A stretch of DNA of 49,437 bases, from positions 1-49,437 of the forward strand of contig JAGDXV010000021.1 of NCBI GenBank assembly GCA_023261805.1. Reading direction: 5' to 3'. The notes below the pieces were generated by a model. The model was not told the DNA's origin, made no database searches, and was given only the letters and a program-made list of their open reading frames with translations. The stretch comes from Candidatus Parvarchaeota archaeon (GTDB lineage: Archaea > Nanobdellota > Nanobdellia > Parvarchaeales > Parvarchaeaceae). Position numbers and translations under genes: made by a program. Shown here piece by piece: positions 35,604-43,140 of the stretch. Position 1 is the first letter of the stretch. Every line of letters starts with the position of its first letter.

Positions 35604-36999
35604 ATGCGTCCTTCACATCAATTATATCAAATCCGCTCTCCTTGATTTTTCTCCTTAGCTCATCAGACTCTTTCCAGTCCTTCCTTTCCCTCGCAGATGC
35701 CCTTCTTTTTGCTAGATCCAAAACCTCCTCTGGTATTGAATAGTCTTGGAGTACTCCAAACACAGAATTCATCTTTTTTATTAACTCATGTATTTTGTCC
35801 CTGTTTTCTTTGGATATTGAATACTTCTTAATGTGCGAGTTTATTATCCCAATAACTTTGAATAATTCTATCAATGCTGAATGTGTATCGAGATCATCGT
35901 TTATCGCCTTTTTAAAAGATTTTTCTATCGCCCTCAGATCGTCTCTCTTTTCTTCTTTCAGTGGAAGTATGTCCATTGTTTTAATTGAGATATCTATATC
36001 ATTCAACGTCTTTTCATATTTTTTCAGTTTTTCAAGTGTGAAGTCTATCTTATCTCTGTAATGTGAATCTATCACCATCAGTCTAAATGAAAGAGGATCA
36101 AAGCCCATTTTCTCAAGGTCCCTGAGCGTGTAGAAGTTCTTCAGGCTCTTTGACATCTTTCTTCCGTTTACAAGCAGGAATTCAACGTGGAACCAGTAGT
36201 TCACGAACTTTTTGCCTGTCGCCCCTTCGGACTGTGCTATCTCATTTGTGTGGTGTATCGGTATATGGTCTACACCCCCGCAGTGTATATCAAAATGTTC
36301 TCCAAGGTACTTCATGCTCATTGCGCTACATTCTATGTGCCATCCGGGGAAACCGACACCCCAAGGGGATGGCCATTCCATCTGTCTTTTCTTGTCTTTC
36401 GGAGAGAATTTCCAAAGTGCGAAATCTGTGATGTTTCTTTTCTGTGGATTGAATTCGACCCTAGCACCTGCTTTGAGGGATTTATTGAGTTCATCGAAGC
36501 TCATCCCGGCCAGTTTTCCATAGTCCTTGAACTTCGATGTGTCATAGTATATTCCATCGTCGATTCTGTACGTGAAACCTTTCTCCTCCAGTCTTTTGAC
36601 GAGAATTATCATCTCATTTATGTTATCTGTGGCTTTGCAGAGGATAGTGGGCGATTCTATATTCAATTTCTTAATATCTTGGAGGAAGAAATCTGTGTAC
36701 ATTTTTGATATTTCCCATGCGCTCTTTTTCTGCTCTTCTGCGCTTTTCTCGATTTTATCAAGTCCCGTGTCAGCATCTGAGGTGAGGTGTCCGACATCTG
36801 TGATGTTCATCACATGTGTCACTTCATATCCATCGTACTTCAAAGTCCTCTTGAGAAGGTCCTCGCAGATGTATGTTCTGAGGTTGCCTATGTGTGCGAA
36901 GTCATAGACGGTCGGTCCGCAACAGTACATTCCGACATGGCCTTTCTTGATAGGTACGAATCTTTCAATTCCTTTTGTTAGAGTGTTGTACAGTAGCAT
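35524..36999 (-). CDS. cysS: cysteinyl-tRNA synthetase
   Basis: CGPTVYDFAHIGN (HIGH), GWHIECS and KMSKS. Confidence 0.97.
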   Translation of the reverse strand: MLLYNTLTKGIERFVPIKKGHVGMYCCGPTVYDFAHIGNLRTYICEDLLKRTLKYDGYEVTHVMNITDVGHLTSDADTGLDKIEKSAEEQKKSAWEISKMYTDFFLQDIKKLNIESPTILCKATDNINEMIILVKRLEEKGFTYRIDDGIYYDTSKFKDYGKLAGMSFDELNKSLKAGARVEFNPQKRNITDFALWKFSPKDKKRQMEWPSPWGVGFPGWHIECSAMSMKYLGEHFDIHCGGVDHIPIHHTNEIAQSEGATGKKFVNYWFHVEFLLVNGRKMSKSLKNFYTLRDLEKMGFDPLSFRLMVIDSHYRDKIDFTLEKLKKYEKTLNDIDISIKTMDILPLKEEKRDDLRAIEKSFKKAINDDLDTHSALIELFKVIGIINSHIKKYSISKENRDKIHELIKKMNSVFGVLQDYSIPEEVLDLAKRRASARERKDWKESDELRRKIKESGFDIIDVKDAYVIVKHRNFGETNGKSIDIGHNTDKE

Positions 37000-37012
37000 A
37001 GGATTGACCCGG

Positions 37013-37339
37013 TCATGTTTTCTCTATTGTCTTTTGCAATTCTTGCAGTCTCTTCGTGTCTGATTCTATCGATTTGTTTAGGGAGTTCAATCTGAATTCA
37101 AGTATATCCTTTTTATCCTTCAGGCCTTCAAGGATTTCAGATTTCTTTTTCTTAATGAGGACCTGACCAACCAGTTCATAAAGATCATCATTCTCTCCGC
37201 TCTTCTCCACTTCCTCTATCGTTCTTTTTATCTCGTTGAATTGCAGCTGTACCGCCTGTTTTTGAGAAAGTGATGCTTGCATCTGCTGTCTCACCGTTTC
37301 ATATTCTTCTTCATTGTCCATAATTATCGATCTCATCAA
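37013..37339 (-). CDS. pfdB: prefoldin beta subunit
   Basis: Two coiled-coil arms around a LYELVGQVLIKK beta-hairpin; conserved neighbourhood with pcc1, rpoP and rpl37ae. Confidence 0.85.
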   Translation of the reverse strand: MMRSIIMDNEEEYETVRQQMQASLSQKQAVQLQFNEIKRTIEEVEKSGENDDLYELVGQVLIKKKKSEILEGLKDKKDILEFRLNSLNKSIESDTKRLQELQKTIEKT

Positions 37340-37559
37340 TCATTTTAATACTTAAAAAGATGGTGTTTAGGACGGACCTGATCACAGTGATATCCCTTGC
37401 GTTTATTTTAACGAGTAGATAGTTTCCATCGGCCTTTAGGTTTATCTTTACCCTGTCGTTGTTGTTCAAACCGCCTTCTATCGAATCTATAAGGGCTTTG
37501 GATGGTTTATTTTTCAGCTTTATTTTGAGCTGTGTTTCAAATTCATCTGGCTTTGACAT
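37311..37559 (-). CDS. pcc1: KEOPS subunit Pcc1-like protein
   Basis: 82 aa; pattern ...ALIDSI......R.KINLKADGNYLLVKINARDITVIRSVLNT and the conserved archaeal gene context. Confidence 0.6.
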   Translation of the reverse strand: MSKPDEFETQLKIKLKNKPSKALIDSIEGGLNNNDRVKINLKADGNYLLVKINARDITVIRSVLNTIFLSIKMIDEIDNYGQ

Positions 37560-37683
37560 GATGCCCGCCTTCAGGTCTTTTCTTCATCAGTATCCTTCCA
37601 CCGCAGTAGGGACATCTTACAGTTTCTCTTATCTCATCGAGCTCAACCGTGGCACCACAGTTGTAGCATGTGTACTTCACCAT
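37543..37683 (-). CDS. rpoP: DNA-directed RNA polymerase subunit P (Rpo12)
   Basis: Below the ORF-track size cut-off. Own translation MVKYTCYNCGATVELDEIRETVRCPYCGGRILMKKRPEGGHHVKAR (46 aa) with a CxxC...CxxC zinc ribbon. Starts 1 nt after the rpl37ae stop. Confidence 0.8.
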   Translation of the reverse strand: MVKYTCYNCGATVELDEIRETVRCPYCGGRILMKKRPEGGHHVKAR

Positions 37684-37684
37684 A

Positions 37685-37879
37685 TCAAATCTTCTCAACG
37701 CTCATAGAGTACGCATCGCTGGCCACAACAAGGCCGCATTTCTTGCACTTCCAAAGGCCGCTGCTGATCCTTTTCATTGAAAAAGTCTTGCATCGGGGGC
37801 ATTTGTACCTTTGTGATGACTTCATCCTTATGCTCTCTACCTTTTTTCTCGTCGTCACACCGTACCTTGGAGTGTTCAT
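37685..37879 (-). CDS. rpl37ae: 50S ribosomal protein L37Ae (eL43)
   Basis: PRYGVTTRKKVESI...YKCPRCKTFSMKRISSGLWKCKKCG. Confidence 0.9.
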   Translation of the reverse strand: MNTPRYGVTTRKKVESIRMKSSQRYKCPRCKTFSMKRISSGLWKCKKCGLVVASDAYSMSVEKI

Positions 37880-37924
37880 AGCAGTATTTTAAGGAATTTA
37901 TTCATATATAAATGATAATCTAAT

Positions 37925-38866
37925 ATGAATTTCAAATTGATTTTACCTGCCTTGGCACTATTACTTTTAGCTATGCCGATCGTACATGCATATCCGTATT
38001 CTAATATAAACATCTCCGCCTCCTTATCCCAGACAGGAAACGTTGTCATCAGTAATGTATCATACAGAATAACTTTCTTCAATCTTACGGGTCAGGCGAG
38101 CATACCCCTTTTTGGTACGGTGAGTTCATTGCATATCTATAATTCAAGCGGTGCGGAGATAGCCTTTGTCAAGACAGTTAGTCCAGAATTCACTTTTGTC
38201 AACATATCAGATGTTTCTCAGGGGAAAACATATCTTCTGACCTTCTTTTCTTCAGAGAGGGTATCAGCAAATGATTCGCTTTATCAGTACTCGTATTCAT
38301 TCGTTCCGCCGACCTTTGTTAGATCGCTGAGCATAATGCTCACACTTCCATTCGGTGCTTATCTTCCCTCCCAGAACGCCAGCTTTCTTTCCCCACCTAT
38401 ATACACAATTTCATCTAATGGAAGGAGCATACAGCTTGTCTGGAGGCTTGAAAATCAGACCTATTTTGATCATGGAAACTTCGTCCTTCCTTTCTCAACC
38501 TCATACATGTTCTATTCACAACCAACAAGCCAGCCTCAGGATCAGTACTTCTTCGTCGGGATAATCGTTTTGGTTGTGGGCGTGTTGATAGTCCTTGTTA
38601 TTTTAGTTATGAGCAGGAAAAGCGTGGCGGCGAAGATAAAGAGGAGAAACACAAAGGCCCAAATAATATCCATACTTACACCTGATGAGAGGAAGGTTCT
38701 TGATATGATCAGAAGAAGAGAGTCGATTTATCAGCACGAATTGCTCGAATTGACGGGCTTCTCGAAGGCGAAGATAAGCAAGATAGTATCGAAGCTCGTG
38801 AATTATAGATTAGTCAAAAAGAAGCAGATGGGTAAGATAAATGAACTGAAGTTCAATAGACCATGA
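37925..38866 (+). CDS. membrane-anchored winged-HTH regulator with extracellular sequon-rich domain
   Basis: Sec signal (LLLLAMPIVHA/YPY), an extracellular domain of about 200 aa, TM FFVGIIVLVVGVLIVLVILV, and a cytoplasmic LTPDERKVLDMIRRRESIYQHELLELTGFSKAKISKIVSKLVNYRLV wHTH. Confidence 0.7.
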   Translation: MNFKLILPALALLLLAMPIVHAYPYSNINISASLSQTGNVVISNVSYRITFFNLTGQASIPLFGTVSSLHIYNSSGAEIAFVKTVSPEFTFVNISDVSQGKTYLLTFFSSERVSANDSLYQYSYSFVPPTFVRSLSIMLTLPFGAYLPSQNASFLSPPIYTISSNGRSIQLVWRLENQTYFDHGNFVLPFSTSYMFYSQPTSQPQDQYFFVGIIVLVVGVLIVLVILVMSRKSVAAKIKRRNTKAQIISILTPDERKVLDMIRRRESIYQHELLELTGFSKAKISKIVSKLVNYRLVKKKQMGKINELKFNRP

Positions 38867-39204
38867 AAAACAATAGGAAAGGATATAGGGTTGAGAGGAA
38901 CATCAGGCTTCTTTTCGAGAGATATGGATGGGGTGTTGTCAGGTCGGGTGGAAGTTTGGGTCTCTACGATCTCATAGCCTTCAAAAACAGGAAGGCACTT
39001 TTCATCCAGGTGAAATCAACAAAGAACCGGATTCTTTATTACTATGGGTATACAGGAAAAAGGATGTACGGCTTTCCGTTTGTGCTTGTGGTCGATTTTG
39101 GCAGAGGAAAAAGGATAATAACCTCTCCAAAGAGAAAGGTCAGAATAGAGGACGGGAAAGACCTCCTAGAGTTTTTGAAATCCAGCAGAAACGGTTTCCA
39201 ATAG
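38863..39204 (+). CDS. hjc: Holliday junction resolvase Hjc-like (non-canonical QVK in place of ExK)
   Basis: KGYRVERNIRLLFERYGWGVVRSGGS...YDLIAFKNRKALFIQVKSTK aligns by eye to Sulfolobus/Pyrococcus Hjc (KGSAVERN...PDIIALKNG..ILIEMKSRK); ATGA overlap with the upstream gene. Confidence 0.75.
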   Translation: MKNNRKGYRVERNIRLLFERYGWGVVRSGGSLGLYDLIAFKNRKALFIQVKSTKNRILYYYGYTGKRMYGFPFVLVVDFGRGKRIITSPKRKVRIEDGKDLLEFLKSSRNGFQ

Positions 39205-39250
39205 TTTCCTGCAAATGCTTTTAATCATACATCAAGATACTTTTCTTAAG

Positions 39251-39298
39251 ATGGTTTTGAGTCAATGCTCGGACCCTCAAAACCATTCTTATTTTTTT
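39251..39298 (+). terminator. 11-bp perfect hairpin followed by a T-run between convergent genes
   Basis: atggttttgag (39251-39261) pairs with ctcaaaaccat (39276-39286) around a 14-nt loop, followed by ttcttattttttt. Confidence 0.4.
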
Positions 39299-39455
39299 AG
39301 AAGAGAGCTCTCAGTACCAAGACGATAGCGACTAGAACTATCCCGGAAACCACAACCATCTTAGGGCTGATCTTTATCTTGCTCTTATATTCAGAGTAAT
39401 ACTGCACCAGACCGCCGAATGACATCGGCATCCTCGTCTGTCCTTTTTTGTTCAT
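39297..39455 (-). CDS. secG: preprotein translocase subunit Sec61-beta (archaeal SecG)
   Basis: Below the ORF-track cut-off. Own translation MNKKGQTRMPMSFGGLVQYYSEYKSKIKISPKMVVVSGIVLVAIVLVLRALF (52 aa) has the GL(V/I)(R/Q)YY...KI.I.P pattern plus a C-terminal TM. Confidence 0.8.
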   Translation of the reverse strand: MNKKGQTRMPMSFGGLVQYYSEYKSKIKISPKMVVVSGIVLVAIVLVLRALF

Positions 39456-39491
39456 ATCAGAGTAAATGATTTCCCTCCTTTTAAATATTTT

Positions 39492-40049
39492 CTAAAATCT
39501 ATCTAGATGCACAATATCCCCTGCTTTAGGGGGAGATGGTTTGTAAGATTTAGCGGTTTCATCTGAATGTCCGACAGGTATCACCCATCTTACGATGTAA
39601 TTTTTTGGTATGTTCAGCAGCTCCTTCATCTCTTCTTGATTTATATTTGTTATCATAGCACTACCCAAGCCGAGTTCCTGTGCGCGCATTACAAGACTGT
39701 GGGCGGCCAGTGCAGCATTATCGATGCAGATCTCATCCGCATTCTCCTCAAACACGTTTTTGATCTTGGTTTCATCGCAGACTATGACGAATATCACCGG
39801 AGCGGAATCTATGTTTGGAACGAGGCATGTCTTGCTTATCTCCCTTTTTTCTTCGTCATCCATCACGATGATTATTTCATACTCATATATCCCGGTTGGA
39901 TTCGGGGCGTATCTTGCGGAATCTATGAGATCTATTATCGTCTCGTCGCCTAATTTCTCCTCTGAGAACTTGTATGTCACAGACCTGTTCTTCAGAAGAT
40001 CTATGATCGTCATAATAGTGATTTCTTCTTTGGATATATATTCTTTCAC
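39492..40049 (-). CDS. nitroreductase-family protein
   Basis: RSVTYKFSEEKL...DSARYAPNPTG near the N-terminus and a family-typical length of 185 aa. Confidence 0.7.
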   Translation of the reverse strand: MKEYISKEEITIMTIIDLLKNRSVTYKFSEEKLGDETIIDLIDSARYAPNPTGIYEYEIIIVMDDEEKREISKTCLVPNIDSAPVIFVIVCDETKIKNVFEENADEICIDNAALAAHSLVMRAQELGLGSAMITNINQEEMKELLNIPKNYIVRWVIPVGHSDETAKSYKPSPPKAGDIVHLDRF

Positions 40050-40243
40050 TTGTAGTTTTCTATGATCTCAGCGAGGATCTCTGCCTTTCCGCCGGTTGGT
40101 TTAGCAAGGACCTCCCCGCACACCAAACATTTGACCTCAGTTGAGGCCATCCTGAATATCACTTGTTCATTCTTGCATTTTTTACATCTTACCTTGACAA
40201 ACTTACTTTCTATCGGTTTAAAGGCTATCTCTTCCATTTTCAC
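40046..40243 (-). CDS. rps27e: 30S ribosomal protein S27e (eS27)
   Basis: FVKVRCKKCKNEQVIF....T.VKCLVCGEVLAKPTGGKA. Confidence 0.92.
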   Translation of the reverse strand: MKMEEIAFKPIESKFVKVRCKKCKNEQVIFRMASTEVKCLVCGEVLAKPTGGKAEILAEIIENYK

Positions 40244-40530
40244 TTTATCTCTACTTTCTTTGCTTTCTTACCTCTGGACTGGGTGGTCATCTTGCCGCAT
40301 TTCTTGCATCTATACCTTATATCGTACCTTTTGGTCGTTTTCACCTTTATCTTCTTATGCTCAAACATCGGGTAGGGGGTACTTCCATATCCATGTTCTA
40401 TGTTCCAGAGCTTCCTCCTGCTTCCCTTTGTGAGGGTCCCCCTATGGCCAGGTTTCACGAGTATTACCTCTTGCTCCGTATGTTCATGACAATACTTACA
40501 ATACCTGTGAACTGTGGATGGTAATTTCAT
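40240..40530 (-). CDS. rpl44e: 50S ribosomal protein L44e (eL42)
   Basis: RYCKYCHEHTEQEV...KGSRR...RYRCKKCGK; conserved pairing with rps27e. Confidence 0.92.
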   Translation of the reverse strand: MKLPSTVHRYCKYCHEHTEQEVILVKPGHRGTLTKGSRRKLWNIEHGYGSTPYPMFEHKKIKVKTTKRYDIRYRCKKCGKMTTQSRGKKAKKVEIK

Positions 40531-40768
40531 CTTTATTGATGAACGTTATATACTATTTAACCTTTTCGTTCTCCTGAAATGTGAGATTGATAGACGAAAT
40601 GACAAGAGATAATAAATATTAATTGAAAAAGAATCACATAGAGATATGCATAATCATATCGTGCCTGTCCTCCACGGAAGGAGGATCTGTCGCAAATCGG
40701 GGTGTTGAAGCTTGAGCCTCGATCGAAGACTTAGTGTGTTCCGCGCATTTGCTGTTTCAACAGGGCGT

Positions 40769-43132
40769 ATGAAAATACTGATCGCTTTGTTTGCGGTTTT
40801 GTTGTTCTTGGTGTTCGTCCAGCCATCTCACGCGGTTTCCGTGAGGGAGGTCCCTTTTCAGGGATCCGTGTGCCCTTATTTGACACCGCAGCAGATACAG
40901 GGCGCATACGGTTTCACTGACCTTTATTCGCAGGGTTTGACTGGAAGCGGCGAAGCCATCGCGATAATAGATGCTTACAATACCCCAAACATATTGCAGA
41001 ATGTTAATACCTTCGACTCATATTATGGTTTGCCTCAGCTGGTCAACGGTTCAAACTTTTTCGTTTACACGCCTCTCGGTCCGCTCGATCCAGCTAATTC
41101 GAATTGGACCGAAGAAACCACATTGGATGTTGAGATGGCCCACTCATTGGCCCCCGGGGCTAAAATATACCTGGTTCTGGCTCCAAATGACGGGGATTTA
41201 CTACAGGCGGTGAATTACACGATAAACAATCTCCCTGTTCAGATAATTTCAATAAGTTGGGGTTCCCCCGAGTTGGATTACTCTGCCTTTTCGATAAATT
41301 ACTATAATTCAATATTTCAGTCGGCCTATTCGAAGGGAATAAATGTATTCGTTGCCACCGGCGACATGGGAGCATACAACGGTTTCAGTACGCCGAATGT
41401 GAATTTTCCCGCTTCAAGTCCTTATGTCATCTCCGTGGGCGGGACGGTCTTGAGCGTCTCCGGTGATTCATACGCCGGCGAGACGGCATGGAGTGATAGT
41501 GGCGGCGGTTTCAGTGAGTATTTTTCGAGGCCCAGTTTTCAGCCAGACCTCGGATCGTATAGGGAGGTACCGGATGTCGCTTTTAATGCGGGCACCACCG
41601 TCTGTGCCTTCGTAAATGGCTCTTGGAGAGGCTTCATCGGCACGAGCCTCGCTGCCCCCTCCTGGGCAGCATTGGATGCTATACTGGATCAGAAACTTGG
41701 AGGAACAAGCCAGTTGCTTCCCACGCTTTACAATATATACAATAACTATGGAAACCTTGCTTTTCATCAGATAACGAGCGGTTGTAATGGATACTACTGC
41801 GCAAATGGTGGCTACAGTCTTGTGACCGGTCTTGGATCACCCATCGCAAATGCACTGGTCCAGATCCTCTCGAAGTCATCGGATACACTGACATTCTCAT
41901 CCAATGTTCCTGTTAAATTCAATCTGAATGGGGTCAATTACACGACCCCAATATCAATAAATCTTAGTTATGGGCAGAAGGTCACGCTTACAGCGTATAA
42001 TTTCTCCTTTGCAAACACAAAATATTCCTTCTCCTCCTTTTCAGGTCAAATCACTTCGAACAATAACACACTAACATTTTTTGTGAATTCATCGATGAAT
42101 ATAGTCATAGATTATGTAACGGAGTACGCTGTAAGAGAAAAACTGATGAACAGCACGAAGATCTTTTGGGTAGAGAATGGGAGCACAATAGATCTCAATC
42201 TCCCTCTCCAATACAATTCAAGTGGCATCCTCGGTACTCTCCTCGGCTTTTCGATGGATGATGGTCCCTTGATTCATCAGGACCATTTTTCATCTGTGGT
42301 GTACGCACCAATAAATATCTCCGCGGTGTTCGCGATTTATAATTCAACAAAGATAGTTTTCACCGGCGCCCCGTTCGGCGCATCAGCCATGGTCAGATAC
42401 GGAATATATACCCCTCTTTCAGCCAGTATATCTGAAACGGAGAGAACGGTATATAATGGTGATACCATCTACTATGCAGGCAGTGTGATATCGATATTTC
42501 CCCTGCCAACTTATGTCAATAACACAAGATACGTCGCTTATAACTTCACAGGTTATCCCGGAATGGAGAAAGTGATACGATTCTATGCTGAGAAGCCGAG
42601 CGGTCTCACTTTTATATCGTTGGACGGCAAAAAGGTGCTTCCCTCCTCGATCGTATTTCAGGATCCATTGGATCTCTATGTTAACGGGACCATCTGGTCT
42701 GTTCCTTCCTCAACACCGATCATAGAGAAGATGACATACGATGGTTTCAGCCTGCTGAATCACAGCCTTCCTGTCACATCTGGCCAGATCAAACTGAATG
42801 TGTCAACCCTTTCATTGAATGTCAATATTTTTTCAATACCCCTATCAAATGCGGCAGTCATACTGAGGATAGGAAACAGATCCGTCCAAAATCAGACAAA
42901 TTTTCTAGGTCAGGTTTCATTTCAAAATGTTCCGGATACAAGCTATAACCTTTCTATAGATGTTTATGGGAGAAACTATGAATATCCGCACATGAGCGGA
43001 TACGAAAATTCCATAGATGTCTATCCTTTGATATATCAGGTTTACCTGATGGTAGGTGCCATAGGCACGGTCATCCTGGTATTCGTGTTCTTTGAGTCGA
43101 TCAGAAGAAGATATATTAAAGGAAAGGTATAA
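40769..43132 (+). CDS. sedolisin (peptidase S53)-like serine-carboxyl protease, membrane-anchored, no recognisable propeptide
   Basis: Sec signal MKILIALFAVLLFLVFVQPSHA. S53 core: TPQQIQGAYGF, IAIIDAY, EETTLDVEMAH (E/D pair), ISISWG, GTSLAAPSWAAL (Ser). Followed by about 400 aa of sequon-rich beta domains and a C-terminal TM plus RRRYIKGK. Confidence 0.8.
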   Translation: MKILIALFAVLLFLVFVQPSHAVSVREVPFQGSVCPYLTPQQIQGAYGFTDLYSQGLTGSGEAIAIIDAYNTPNILQNVNTFDSYYGLPQLVNGSNFFVYTPLGPLDPANSNWTEETTLDVEMAHSLAPGAKIYLVLAPNDGDLLQAVNYTINNLPVQIISISWGSPELDYSAFSINYYNSIFQSAYSKGINVFVATGDMGAYNGFSTPNVNFPASSPYVISVGGTVLSVSGDSYAGETAWSDSGGGFSEYFSRPSFQPDLGSYREVPDVAFNAGTTVCAFVNGSWRGFIGTSLAAPSWAALDAILDQKLGGTSQLLPTLYNIYNNYGNLAFHQITSGCNGYYCANGGYSLVTGLGSPIANALVQILSKSSDTLTFSSNVPVKFNLNGVNYTTPISINLSYGQKVTLTAYNFSFANTKYSFSSFSGQITSNNNTLTFFVNSSMNIVIDYVTEYAVREKLMNSTKIFWVENGSTIDLNLPLQYNSSGILGTLLGFSMDDGPLIHQDHFSSVVYAPINISAVFAIYNSTKIVFTGAPFGASAMVRYGIYTPLSASISETERTVYNGDTIYYAGSVISIFPLPTYVNNTRYVAYNFTGYPGMEKVIRFYAEKPSGLTFISLDGKKVLPSSIVFQDPLDLYVNGTIWSVPSSTPIIEKMTYDGFSLLNHSLPVTSGQIKLNVSTLSLNVNIFSIPLSNAAVILRIGNRSVQNQTNFLGQVSFQNVPDTSYNLSIDVYGRNYEYPHMSGYENSIDVYPLIYQVYLMVGAIGTVILVFVFFESIRRRYIKGKV

Positions 43133-43140
43133 GATAAGAC

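Noticed and set aside
35795-36981. Multiple plus-strand ORFs (64-173 aa) across cysS.
   Set aside because: They are antisense to cysS, which carries HIGH and KMSKS.
37876-38082. Minus-strand 68-aa ORF overlapping the start of the 37925 gene.
   Set aside because: It overlaps the promoter and signal-peptide region of a better-supported plus-strand gene and has no motif.
38928-39224. Plus-strand 98-aa ORF in an alternative frame of hjc.
   Set aside because: The hjc frame has clear family similarity; the alternative frame does not.
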